This document shows, in pieces, positions 32,879 through 41,121 of a stretch of DNA of 64,000 bases. The stretch is from a bacterium (GTDB lineage Bacteria > Electryoneota > Electryoneia > Electryoneales > Electryoneaceae). The position numbers and the translations under genes are program-made. Positions within the stretch are counted from its first letter, which is position 1. Each line of letters opens with the position of its first letter. The notes under the pieces were generated by a model. That model made no database searches. It saw only the letters and a program-made list of their open reading frames with translations, and was not told the DNA's origin. The stretch covers positions 384,001-448,000 of the forward strand of contig OY769902.1 in the NCBI GenBank assembly GCA_963669175.1. The letters are read 5' to 3'.

Positions 32879-33511
32879 GTGAAAAAGGTAACCACCGTTG
32901 TTGTAGCGCTGTTAGCCGGATTGTGCCTCATGGCTTCTGGTGTCTTTGCGCAGGATCAGCTCAGCCAGGAAGACATGCAGGCCATGCAGCAGATGATGCA
33001 GCAGATGCAGATGCAGATGGAGCAGGTAACACCGGGCGATTATATTGATGAAGCTCTCGGTTATTCCCTGAACATTCCAAACGGCTTCACCGGAATGAAG
33101 GTCGATCGCGCTCTTACCGTGGTCAAAGGTGGTTTGGAAGCCATGATGGTTGATGATCCTTCCCGGATGCCGTTGTCCATTGGTGTGATTACCGCGCCAC
33201 GTGAAGAAGACACACCCGCAAGTGTTGAAGAGGCCGATTTTGAAAAATTGGCAGAAGCCCAGGTTGCCAGTATTAACAGCCAGGGTGGTAATGCACAGGT
33301 TCTGCGTTCGGAAAAGACAACATTGAATGGCAAAGACTGCCTGTTCTTTATCACTGCAATGAGTATGGAGGGTATACAGGTCGAGACATGCAATTACATG
33401 TTTATCGAAAACAACCAGGTCTATTATCTCGTTTTCACCTATCCGACCGGAACGTATGATACAAACAAGGACGAGATTTCAGCGATCGCCGGGACATTCC
33501 AGATTCAGTAA
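32879..33511 (+). CDS. Secreted hypothetical protein with Met/Gln-rich N-terminus and a possible PsbP/DcrB-like fold
   Basis: Signal peptide ending VFA-Q; MQAMQQMMQQMQMQM; GYSLNIPNGF..TTLNG..YYLVFT..IAGTFQI pattern. Confidence 0.6.
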   Translation: MKKVTTVVVALLAGLCLMASGVFAQDQLSQEDMQAMQQMMQQMQMQMEQVTPGDYIDEALGYSLNIPNGFTGMKVDRALTVVKGGLEAMMVDDPSRMPLSIGVITAPREEDTPASVEEADFEKLAEAQVASINSQGGNAQVLRSEKTTLNGKDCLFFITAMSMEGIQVETCNYMFIENNQVYYLVFTYPTGTYDTNKDEISAIAGTFQIQ

Positions 33512-33561
33512 AAAGGCGTACTCTGCTTTCTTAGCACGACCATATTGTACCAAGATGTCAT

Positions 33562-33593
33562 CAGAGCCGACAATCCTGTCGGCTCTGTGTTTG
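33562..33593 (+). terminator. Probable intrinsic terminator
   Basis: CAGAGCCGACA-ATCC-TGTCGGCTCTG, an 11-bp perfect stem, followed by TGTTTG. Confidence 0.6.
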
Positions 33594-33671
33594 TCATGTC
33601 ATGTTACGCTAATTACTTTGCGATAGCGTACAATGTTCAAGTGGGCCGTTCCACATGGATCTGTCCATTAA

Positions 33672-34706
33672 ATGGTTGATCACAACCGGGAAATGATCGT
33701 TATGCCAAGCACACGTGTCTTGATTGTTGATGATGATCCTTCCATGCTGGAAGATCTCAGGTTGTATTTACAGCACCATGGGTGTGACGTTGTTGCTGTG
33801 GATAACGCGACATCTGCCATGACAGCTTTGCATAGACTAGCATTTGACATTGTGATCACTGATTGGATCATGCCGGAGATTTCCGGTATCGAACTTATAT
33901 ACCAGGTAAGAAAAACGATAAGTCCTGTGCCCGTGATCCTGGTAATAACCGGTCTGAATTCCTCCTTTGCGAGACGACATGCCCTGGAATCCGGCGCTGA
34001 TGATTTCCTGGCCAAACCATTTGAGTTCATCGAATTAAAACATCGAATCGATATTCTGCACAATCGTCAATCACAACCTGCCCCCAGCCTGACTAAAACG
34101 ATCACGGTTCCCCCGGTTCACGATAAACCGCCCTTTTATTGCGTGGCCATAGCTGCCAGTACAGGGGGGCCGCCGGTTCTGACCCGGTTGCTATCATCGC
34201 TTCCCATGCTTCCTGATACTGTTTTATTGGTCGTTCTGCACAGTCCGGGCTGGGCGCTGGAAGACATGGTGCAGCGTTTGAACAAATCAGTCAGCATGCC
34301 GATTGCACTCGGTCGGGATGGGATGAAGCTCGAACCGGGAAACATCTATCTCGCCCCCGGGGACAGGCACATGCTGGTAACCGGTTCTTTCCGTTTGCGC
34401 TTGACCGATGATCCGCCGGAGAACTTCGTCCGTCCCGCCGCGGATCCGCTGTTTAGAAGTGTAGCAAAAGCCTTCGGCAAATACAGCGTTGGTGTCATTC
34501 TCACCGGCATGGGACAGGATGGCGCCCAGGGGGCACGGCACCTGGCAGCAGTCGATGCGGCCATACTGGTCCAGGATCCGGACAGTGCCATTGCACGGTC
34601 CATGCCGGAAACCGCGCTCATGGTTAATCCGAAAGCATTCCGTGTTGCCCTGGAAAACCTGCCCGCACGTATCACCGCCAATGTGCAGCTTCTAAGCAGA
34701 AAGTAG
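33672..34706 (+). CDS. cheB: REC-CheB protein-glutamate methylesterase (orphan)
   Basis: Receiver IVDDD..ITDWIMP..AKP; esterase triad AASTGGP, VLHS, TGMGQDGA; APGDRH and RPAADPLF. Confidence 0.9.
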   Translation: MVDHNREMIVMPSTRVLIVDDDPSMLEDLRLYLQHHGCDVVAVDNATSAMTALHRLAFDIVITDWIMPEISGIELIYQVRKTISPVPVILVITGLNSSFARRHALESGADDFLAKPFEFIELKHRIDILHNRQSQPAPSLTKTITVPPVHDKPPFYCVAIAASTGGPPVLTRLLSSLPMLPDTVLLVVLHSPGWALEDMVQRLNKSVSMPIALGRDGMKLEPGNIYLAPGDRHMLVTGSFRLRLTDDPPENFVRPAADPLFRSVAKAFGKYSVGVILTGMGQDGAQGARHLAAVDAAILVQDPDSAIARSMPETALMVNPKAFRVALENLPARITANVQLLSRK

Positions 34707-34809
34707 ACGTTGCAGCATTCCTTTCCTGCTTGCTGTCGGGTTTCATTCACAGCAGGTTTGGCCCGACTGCTTGCTGTCGGGGACTCGTCGAGACGTAGAA
34801 ACTTGAACG

Positions 34810-35029
34810 AAAAGGGGACGGAATCCTTTTCCCCGATCAAATATTGAACACTCCCGCAGCTCTCGTGGAAAAGGAAGCTGTACCCTTTTCGCTGTGATAA
34901 TACCGGATCACTGAACACAGAACAGAGTGGTAAACATCTTCAACGGCAAAAGGGGACAGTCACCTTTTGGATACCCTCTATCACGATATACCTCACCAAA
35001 GCGCGACGAAAAGGAAACAGTCCCCTTTT
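34810..35029. repeat. Two REPIN-like doublets (80 and 82 bp) of inverted 21-bp AAAAGGGGACAGTNNCCTTTT units
   Basis: Units at 34810-34830, 34869-34889 (inverted), 34948-34968, 35009-35029 (inverted). Confidence 0.88.
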
Positions 35030-35180
35030 GCTGCAAGTTTCTGCAATAGCGATTGTCCATGTGCGTTGAGCCTGTAGATATAAACCGCAACAAACGAACA
35101 GCTATTCAACCAATTCCTCGAACACTTTCCTCTCATCTCCAGGAGGTGTCAAAAAAATTGTAAAGAATGTGTTAGCAGCC

Positions 35181-35228
35181 TTGACATGGCTCGTTTCTTG
35201 TCGCACATTATCGAACCGGTTCGATAAT
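35181..35228 (+). promoter_or_regulatory. Sigma70-like promoter overlapped by a LacI-type operator
   Basis: TTGACA at 35181-35186, 17-bp spacer, CACATT; perfect 22-bp palindrome ATTATCGAACCGGTTCGATAAT at 35207-35228. Confidence 0.8.
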
Positions 35229-35321
35229 TTTTGAGGCGTTTGGAGGCTTCATAAGGGTTTGTGCAAACTAAATCCGATGGATAGCCCAAGGTTACAGCAG
35301 CGGTTCTCCATCGGGACGATG

Positions 35322-35335
35322 TCGAAACGATTCGA
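35322..35335. promoter_or_regulatory. Secondary operator over the RBS of the LacI gene
   Basis: TCGAAACGATTCGA, 12/14 match to the core TCGAACCGGTTCGA. Confidence 0.65.
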
Positions 35336-35340
35336 GGCTT

Positions 35341-36378
35341 ATGGCTGCTACTATTCGAGATGTCGCCCAGCGCGCTAAAGTTGCGCCTTCTACCGTATCC
35401 GCGGTCCTGAACAATAAGGGGTACGTGCATCACGATACCCGGGCTCGTATCGAACAAGCCATCCGTGACTTGAAATACATCCCACGTCGCAGCGCACGTT
35501 CGCTCACCACACGCACCAGCGGCAACATCGGCTTCATCGTAAACGAAAACCATTTCACCCGGGCTGAACCTTTTTACACCAAGGTCTTTCTCGGGACAGA
35601 ATTCCAGGCTCGAAGGCATGACTTTTATGTCCTGCTGACATCCGTAAGCGATTCCTATGCCTCCTACCGTGACATGCCGCGTTTCCTGCTGGAGCGTAAT
35701 GTGGATGGTGTCATTATCGCAGGGTCCGTGCCTGCCAGGTTGATCCAGGACGTTGTGGATCAGGAAGTCCCTGTGGTGCTGGTGGACTTTGCCAATGGAG
35801 GCCGCAGTCTGCCGCGAGTCCTGATCGACAACCGGCATGGCGCCTACCTGGCAACCCGCCACCTGCTCGAACGGGGGCATGAACGCATTGGCTTTATTGG
35901 TGGGAATAAGCCGCATCCCAGCCGAATGGAACGTTTTGAGGGCTTCCGTGACGCTCTGCTGGAGTCCGGGCTCCCGGTAAATGAGGACTGGGTAGCGCTC
36001 AGTGATACTCGGTCATCGGTGGAGTTGGGTGAAGAATTGTTTCATGCGTTGTGGGATAAACCTGAAAAACCCGGCGCATTGGTTTGTTTTAACGATGCTA
36101 TTGCCATGGGAGTGTTGCATGCCGCGCATGCGATGAATGTCAAAATACCCACTGAATTATCCATTGTCGGGTTTGATGATGTGGATGCCTGTGCTCATAC
36201 ATCCCCCCCGTTAAGTACGGTACGGGTTCAGAAAGAAGAGCTGGGGATGGTTGCCATGCGCACACTTCACGATCTCATCGCCGGTCGTGAAAAGGCCATG
36301 GTAAGCACACGCATCGGAGTTGAGTTGGTGATTCGGCAGTCAACCGGGCCGGGTCAGGTTTTAAGCAGGGAGGCGTGA
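35341..36378 (+). CDS. LacI-family transcriptional regulator
   Basis: ATIRDVAQRAKVAPSTVSAVLN HTH, YIPRRSARSL hinge, IDNRHG, CFNDAIAMG, SIVGFDD, PPLSTV. Confidence 0.96.
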   Translation: MAATIRDVAQRAKVAPSTVSAVLNNKGYVHHDTRARIEQAIRDLKYIPRRSARSLTTRTSGNIGFIVNENHFTRAEPFYTKVFLGTEFQARRHDFYVLLTSVSDSYASYRDMPRFLLERNVDGVIIAGSVPARLIQDVVDQEVPVVLVDFANGGRSLPRVLIDNRHGAYLATRHLLERGHERIGFIGGNKPHPSRMERFEGFRDALLESGLPVNEDWVALSDTRSSVELGEELFHALWDKPEKPGALVCFNDAIAMGVLHAAHAMNVKIPTELSIVGFDDVDACAHTSPPLSTVRVQKEELGMVAMRTLHDLIAGREKAMVSTRIGVELVIRQSTGPGQVLSREA

Positions 36379-36385
36379 CACTATC

Positions 36386-37408
36386 ATGGAACATTGCAAC
36401 CTTTACAATAGAAGGCTGTTTTTGAAGCCAACCGATCTGGCGTTCGAAAACCGTGCAGTACTGAATCCCGCCGCCGTCCAGATGGACGAGGATGTGCATT
36501 TCTACTACCGTGCCGTAGCGCAGGACATGATCTCAACAATCGGTTACCTGCGAATGCGCTACGCAAACGATGAGCCGGTTGTTGTAGAACGATGGAATCA
36601 TCCAATCCTGGCTCCGGCTACAGGTTGGGATCAGTTCGGTGTGGAAGACCCTCGAGTCCTCCAGTTCGAGGGACGCTGGTACATGTTCTATACGGCCTTT
36701 GATGGGGACAACGCACAACTGGCATACGCTGTTGGCGATTCCCCGACTTCTTTCACCGAACGCCACCTGATCGGCCCGAAGGTGACCCGCCGCGAAGGGC
36801 TGGATCTGATCGCAGGAAACCCCAAGCTGGAACCGCAACGGAAATACTGGACCGAATGGGGCAACCTGGACGGTTTCCTGTGGGAGAAGGACGCTACCAT
36901 TTTACCGGAACGTCACAACGGAAAGATCGTTTTCATTCATCGTCTGCGTCCCAACGCGCAGATCGCGTTCCTGGACAGCATGGATCAACTGGAAGATCGT
37001 GATTGGTGGATCGAACATATCCGCACCCTGGATCAACACCTGCTGCTCACCCAGGAAAACTGGTGGGAAGCGAGCCACATGGGCATGGGTCCGGTTCCGA
37101 TGAAAACCGAGCATGGCTGGCTGTTCATTTACCACGGTTGCACTTATCCACCGGAAAAAACCTACCGGGCCGGGGCGGCGCTGCTGGACCTGGATGATCC
37201 CCGCAAGGTAATCGGACGTTTCTCTGAACCCCTGTTCCAGCCGGAAGAAGGCTGGGAGCTGGAAGGTGATGTCAATCATGTCGTGTTCCCGGAAGGCCTG
37301 GTCCGGCACGGCGATGTGCTGGATATCTTCTACGGTGGTGCGGACTCGGTTATCGGTGTGATTTCGGTGAAAATGCCGGATCTGCTGGGGTGCCTGATGA
37401 AGAAGTGA
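36386..37408 (+). CDS. GH130-family beta-mannoside phosphorylase/mannosidase
   Basis: VLNPAA, YYRA, GVEDPRV, EKDA, FIHR, IYHG, YRAGAALLDLDDP, GDVNHVVFPEG, YGGAD; no signal peptide. Confidence 0.88.
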   Translation: MEHCNLYNRRLFLKPTDLAFENRAVLNPAAVQMDEDVHFYYRAVAQDMISTIGYLRMRYANDEPVVVERWNHPILAPATGWDQFGVEDPRVLQFEGRWYMFYTAFDGDNAQLAYAVGDSPTSFTERHLIGPKVTRREGLDLIAGNPKLEPQRKYWTEWGNLDGFLWEKDATILPERHNGKIVFIHRLRPNAQIAFLDSMDQLEDRDWWIEHIRTLDQHLLLTQENWWEASHMGMGPVPMKTEHGWLFIYHGCTYPPEKTYRAGAALLDLDDPRKVIGRFSEPLFQPEEGWELEGDVNHVVFPEGLVRHGDVLDIFYGGADSVIGVISVKMPDLLGCLMKK

Positions 37409-37565
37409 AAAAGGTGAAAAAAGTCTACAAGTTGGCAAGTTGAAAAGTTGGAATGTTCTAAAGTTAATGAATGTTAAAGATTTGGTAGCCTATAAGGTAT
37501 AATTATTAAAACTGATGTTTGATTCACTAACAATTCCTAATTACTAATTTCTAATTCCTAATTCA
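37409..37565. repeat. AT-rich spacer with AAGTGAAAA, AAAGTTGA and ATTCCTA short repeats
   Basis: Begins at the GH130 stop (AAGTGAAAAAGGTGAAAAAAG); 8-mer run about 37428-37465; heptamer run about 37533-37564. Confidence 0.75.
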
Positions 37566-37587
37566 ACAAACGGGATGGGTTAAAGAA

Positions 37588-38889
37588 GTGAAGCGTGGAG
37601 TTACCAACATAGTTTGGATCGTGATGATAGTGTGGACCGTTGCCGGTTGTGGCGGCAAAACGGCCGACACATCGGGCAAGGTAACGCTTCTCTACTGGCC
37701 ATCAACCAACCCTTATGAAATCGAATTGGCCGAAACGCTGGTCGCGGAATGGAACGCAGCTCACCCGGACACACTGGTCAAGGTGCAGCCCTTGCCGGAA
37801 GGACGCAGCGGCGAAGAAGTGTTGATCATCGCAGCCGCCGGGCAGACGACACCGGATATCTGTTCCAATGTCCCCCCGGTGATCGTTCCCCTGCTGGCGA
37901 AGGCCAATGCACTGGTGCCGGTAAATCAGTTCGAAGACGGCCGGGAATACATGGACCAACGGTTGCCTGATGGTATGGCAGCCAGTTTCGCCAACGTCGA
38001 CGGGAACCTGTACCAGATCCCCTGGAAGGGCAACCCGATCATGATTCAGTACAACACCGGGATGTTACGTGATGCCGGTGTTACGGAACTGCCACGGACC
38101 TGGTCGGAATGGAATGAGGTTGCGGATGCGGTGACGCTGGATCGAGACGGTGACGGACGTTTTGACCAGTGGATGGCCAATGTGCAGGTGGAATCGGAAT
38201 GGCGACGACGGCTCTTTGACGTATACACTTTTTACATAGCAGCGACCAACGGCGGCACGTTGCTGAAAGACGGCCAGGTGGACTTTGACAACCAGACCAT
38301 GGTGGAAACGCTCGAGCTGTTCCGCACCGGATATGTGAACGGCTGGTATCCAAAATCCATCTTCCCCGGCGACATGTTCCTGCAGAACCGTCTGGCGGCA
38401 GTAGTCACCGGCCCCTGGAATATCGCGCATACGGAGAAACTGAAACCGGAAGGTTTCGAATACGGTTTCGGCCCGGTCCCCATCCCGGATAATCATCAGG
38501 GCGGCGACTGGACCTTTGGCGATCCGAAAAGCATCGGCATTTTCAGCACGACACAACATCCGGAAGCGGCGTGGGCCTTTGTCAAGTTCATGATTGACCG
38601 CAAAGCAGACCTGATGCTGCTGGAAATCTGCAACCAGTTGCCGTTACGGCGAGATTTGCTGACGGACAGCCTGTACACAGGCTACTTCGAAGCGAATCCC
38701 ATGATGGCCGCCTTCGCGGAACGTGTGCCATCTACCAAGGGATTCGACCAGCATCCAGCACTGCAGGAAGTGTTTGATGCGGTCAATTCGGCGTTTGATG
38801 CCTGCTGCGTGAACCAGGCGGTCCCGGCAGATGAAGCAGTTCATAAAGCAGCCGAACGAAGCAGACATATCCTGGCGATGAGGAAGTGA
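37588..38889 (+). CDS. Sugar ABC transporter substrate-binding lipoprotein (CUT1)
   Basis: Lipobox VAGC, PDI, LYQIPW..YN, LPRTWSEW, TGPW, AAWAFVKFM. Confidence 0.92.
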   Translation: MKRGVTNIVWIVMIVWTVAGCGGKTADTSGKVTLLYWPSTNPYEIELAETLVAEWNAAHPDTLVKVQPLPEGRSGEEVLIIAAAGQTTPDICSNVPPVIVPLLAKANALVPVNQFEDGREYMDQRLPDGMAASFANVDGNLYQIPWKGNPIMIQYNTGMLRDAGVTELPRTWSEWNEVADAVTLDRDGDGRFDQWMANVQVESEWRRRLFDVYTFYIAATNGGTLLKDGQVDFDNQTMVETLELFRTGYVNGWYPKSIFPGDMFLQNRLAAVVTGPWNIAHTEKLKPEGFEYGFGPVPIPDNHQGGDWTFGDPKSIGIFSTTQHPEAAWAFVKFMIDRKADLMLLEICNQLPLRRDLLTDSLYTGYFEANPMMAAFAERVPSTKGFDQHPALQEVFDAVNSAFDACCVNQAVPADEAVHKAAERSRHILAMRK

Positions 38890-39110
38890 ATTATAAGTTT
38901 GAAAGTTTACAAGTTGAAAAGTTATTGATATCTCGATTATATGACTCCAATTTGTTTATTCTTCATTCTTAATTCTTAATAAAAAAAAGGTTTGGCCCGA
39001 CTTGCATGTGATAAAGAATGAGTTAGATGATTAAAGTGCTATGAATAATAAATCTGCACCACTACAGAAGCTAATAAGCAAGTCGGGATTTGATAAAGAG
39101 TAACAATACG
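38890..39110. repeat. AT-rich spacer with AAAGTTKA octamers, TTCTTAA heptamers and a CCCGACTTGC inverted pair
   Basis: Octamers about 38894-38923; CCCGACTTGC at 38996-39005 and GCAAGTCGGG at 39078-39087. Confidence 0.7.
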
Positions 39111-39162
39111 AAGTAAAAGGACGTTGTCTGGATATTTTCTCGGCAAAGGGGAGAAGAGGACG

Positions 39163-40044
39163 TTGAGCGACAACAGCATCATCAGAGCACTCAAGCAGGG
39201 AAGACATGGCTACGGCCTCACAGCGCCGTACTTTATTTTCTTCCTGCTGTTTGTCGCCTATCCCATCATTTTCTCCTTTATCCTGGTTTTCCACCGCTGG
39301 TCCATCGTCGGTCCCATGGAATGGGTCGGACTGGCTAATTTCCGCGAAATGATCGGCGACACACTGTTCTGGAAAGCGATTGGCAACACGCTGATCTTCC
39401 TGGTCATTCATGTCCCGCTACAGATTGCAGCCGCGTTACTTATTGCTGAAGTGTTAAACCGTAAACTCGTCGCCCGTGGATTCTTCCGTGCGGCGTTTTT
39501 CTTGCCGGTAGTCGTTTCCGGTGTTGCCGTAACGATACTCTGGAAACAGCTCTACAGCACCGACCTGGGCATTCTGAACCAGTTGCTGTCCCTGATCGGC
39601 ATGGGGCCGGTTCCCTGGATTACCGATCCCGGGTGGGCCATGCCTTCCATTGCGATCATGGCGACCTGGAAGAATGTCGGTTTGTACATCGTGATCTTCC
39701 TGGCGGGATTGCAGAGTGTGCCGCGCCACCTTTACGAAGCAGCGGAAATTGACGGCGCGAACTCCGTCCAGCAGTTCTTCTACATCACCATCCCGGCGAT
39801 CAACCCGGCAATGGTGATGGTGGTGATCCTGTCCACGATCAACGGCTTCAACCTGTTCATCGAACCTTATGTACTGACCGGCGGTGGCCCCATGGATTCC
39901 ACCCTGTCGGCTGTGCTGTATGTGTACAAACAGGCCTTCAACTTCTTCCGCATGGGATACGCGGCAACGATCGGATTTACGGTTGCCTTCATCATCATGA
40001 TCGTCGTCCTGGTACAACGTCACTTTGTCGAGCAGGAGGACTGA
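39163..40044 (+). CDS. Sugar ABC transporter permease (MalF/UgpA-like)
   Basis: WVGLANF, FFRAAFFLP, EAA loop LYEAAEIDGA; TTG start with GAGG RBS chosen. Confidence 0.93.
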   Translation: MSDNSIIRALKQGRHGYGLTAPYFIFFLLFVAYPIIFSFILVFHRWSIVGPMEWVGLANFREMIGDTLFWKAIGNTLIFLVIHVPLQIAAALLIAEVLNRKLVARGFFRAAFFLPVVVSGVAVTILWKQLYSTDLGILNQLLSLIGMGPVPWITDPGWAMPSIAIMATWKNVGLYIVIFLAGLQSVPRHLYEAAEIDGANSVQQFFYITIPAINPAMVMVVILSTINGFNLFIEPYVLTGGGPMDSTLSAVLYVYKQAFNFFRMGYAATIGFTVAFIIMIVVLVQRHFVEQED

Positions 40045-40047
40045 GCC

Positions 40048-40863
40048 ATGAGCCTGAAGAAACTCCTGTTTTACCTGATCCTTGCCGCAGCGGCGCTGAT
40101 TTTCCTGTACCCGTTCGCCTGGATGATCGGAGCAACCTTCCGTCCCGAAGCGGAAGTGATGAAATTCGGCCTGTGGGGTTCCGAGTTTACCCTGTTCAGC
40201 TATAACACGATGATGGATAAAATCCCCATCTTCCGCGCCCTGCTGAACAGCATGATCGTATCGTTTGTTTCTACTGTTGCCGTGCTGGTCCTCTGTTCCA
40301 TGACCGGGTATTCCCTGGCACGACTTCGTTTTGCCGGACGAAAACTGATCTTCATTGTCATCCTGTTCACCATGATGATTCCATTCCAGATAACGCTGAT
40401 TCCCATGTATGTGCTGATGGTCAAGTTGAACCTCACGGACACCTATGCCGGCCTGATTGTCCCCTTTACCATGAGCCCCTTCGCCATTCTTCTCTTCCGT
40501 CAGTTCTTCATGCAGGTTCCGCAGGATCTGATGGACGCTGCACGGATTGACGGGTTGAGTGAACTGGGCATCCTTTTCCGGATTTTCTGGCCGTTGTCTC
40601 GTCCGGCGCTGATCACAGTGGGAATCGTGCATTTTATGACGATCTGGAACGAAGTGCTGTGGCCGATCATCATCGTTCGCCAACGTGAGTTGATGACCAT
40701 GCCACAGATGGTTGCCCTGTTTGAAGTGGGCGGGCAGGCGGAAAATCTTGTCGGGGTAAAGCTGGCCGCCGCCGCGGTATTGGTCGCGCCGGTGGTGATA
40801 GCTTATCTCTTTTTACAACGATACTTCATTGAAAGCATGGCGACAACGGGGCTGAAGGGGTGA
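40048..40863 (+). CDS. Sugar ABC transporter permease (MalG/UgpE-like)
   Basis: NSMIVS, GYSLARLRFAGR, MIPFQ, LMDAARIDG, WNE, LQRYFIES..GLKG. Confidence 0.94.
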   Translation: MSLKKLLFYLILAAAALIFLYPFAWMIGATFRPEAEVMKFGLWGSEFTLFSYNTMMDKIPIFRALLNSMIVSFVSTVAVLVLCSMTGYSLARLRFAGRKLIFIVILFTMMIPFQITLIPMYVLMVKLNLTDTYAGLIVPFTMSPFAILLFRQFFMQVPQDLMDAARIDGLSELGILFRIFWPLSRPALITVGIVHFMTIWNEVLWPIIIVRQRELMTMPQMVALFEVGGQAENLVGVKLAAAAVLVAPVVIAYLFLQRYFIESMATTGLKG

Positions 40864-40867
40864 TATT

Positions 40868-41032
40868 TAATTAGGAATTAATAATTGGGAATTAGGAATT
40901 GAACGAAGATTGTAAGAGTAATTTATAAGTTGAAAGAAGATGTTTTGTGCTTAAATACATGCTAAACACAAACTATAGAGAAGATATTCGACGCTTTAAT
41001 AATTCCTAATTTGTAATTCCTAATTCCTAATT
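40868..41032. repeat. Element bounded by inverted heptamer arrays (TAGGAAT)n...(ATTCCTA)n
   Basis: AATTAGGAATTAATAATTGGGAATTAGGAATT at about 40869-40900 and AATTCCTAATTTGTAATTCCTAATTCCTAATT at about 41001-41032, around about 100 bp of AT-rich non-coding DNA. Confidence 0.85.
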
Positions 41033-41099
41033 GGCGGAGAAGGGATAGAAGCATGCAGTTCGGGTGGGACAAGACATTCCGAAACATTTTAGCGGCTCA

Positions 41100-41121
41100 C
41101 ATGTCGAACCGGTTCGACATG
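41100..41121. promoter_or_regulatory. LacI-type operator, internal to the operon
   Basis: Perfect 22-bp palindrome CATGTCGAACCGGTTCGACATG with the same 14-bp core as 35211-35224. Confidence 0.8.

Noticed and set aside
38988-39007. TTGGC..TTGC resembling a sigma-54 promoter (also about 34757-34775)
   Set aside because: GG-to-GC spacing is 8 and 11 nt rather than the required 10; the shared 15-mer is more likely a repeat fragment.
39454-40683. 409-aa minus-strand ORF, and similar long ORFs at 5775-6914, 7932-8837 and 30827-31753
   Set aside because: They lie antisense to well-supported genes (ABC permeases, actB, fni) and are typical shadow ORFs.
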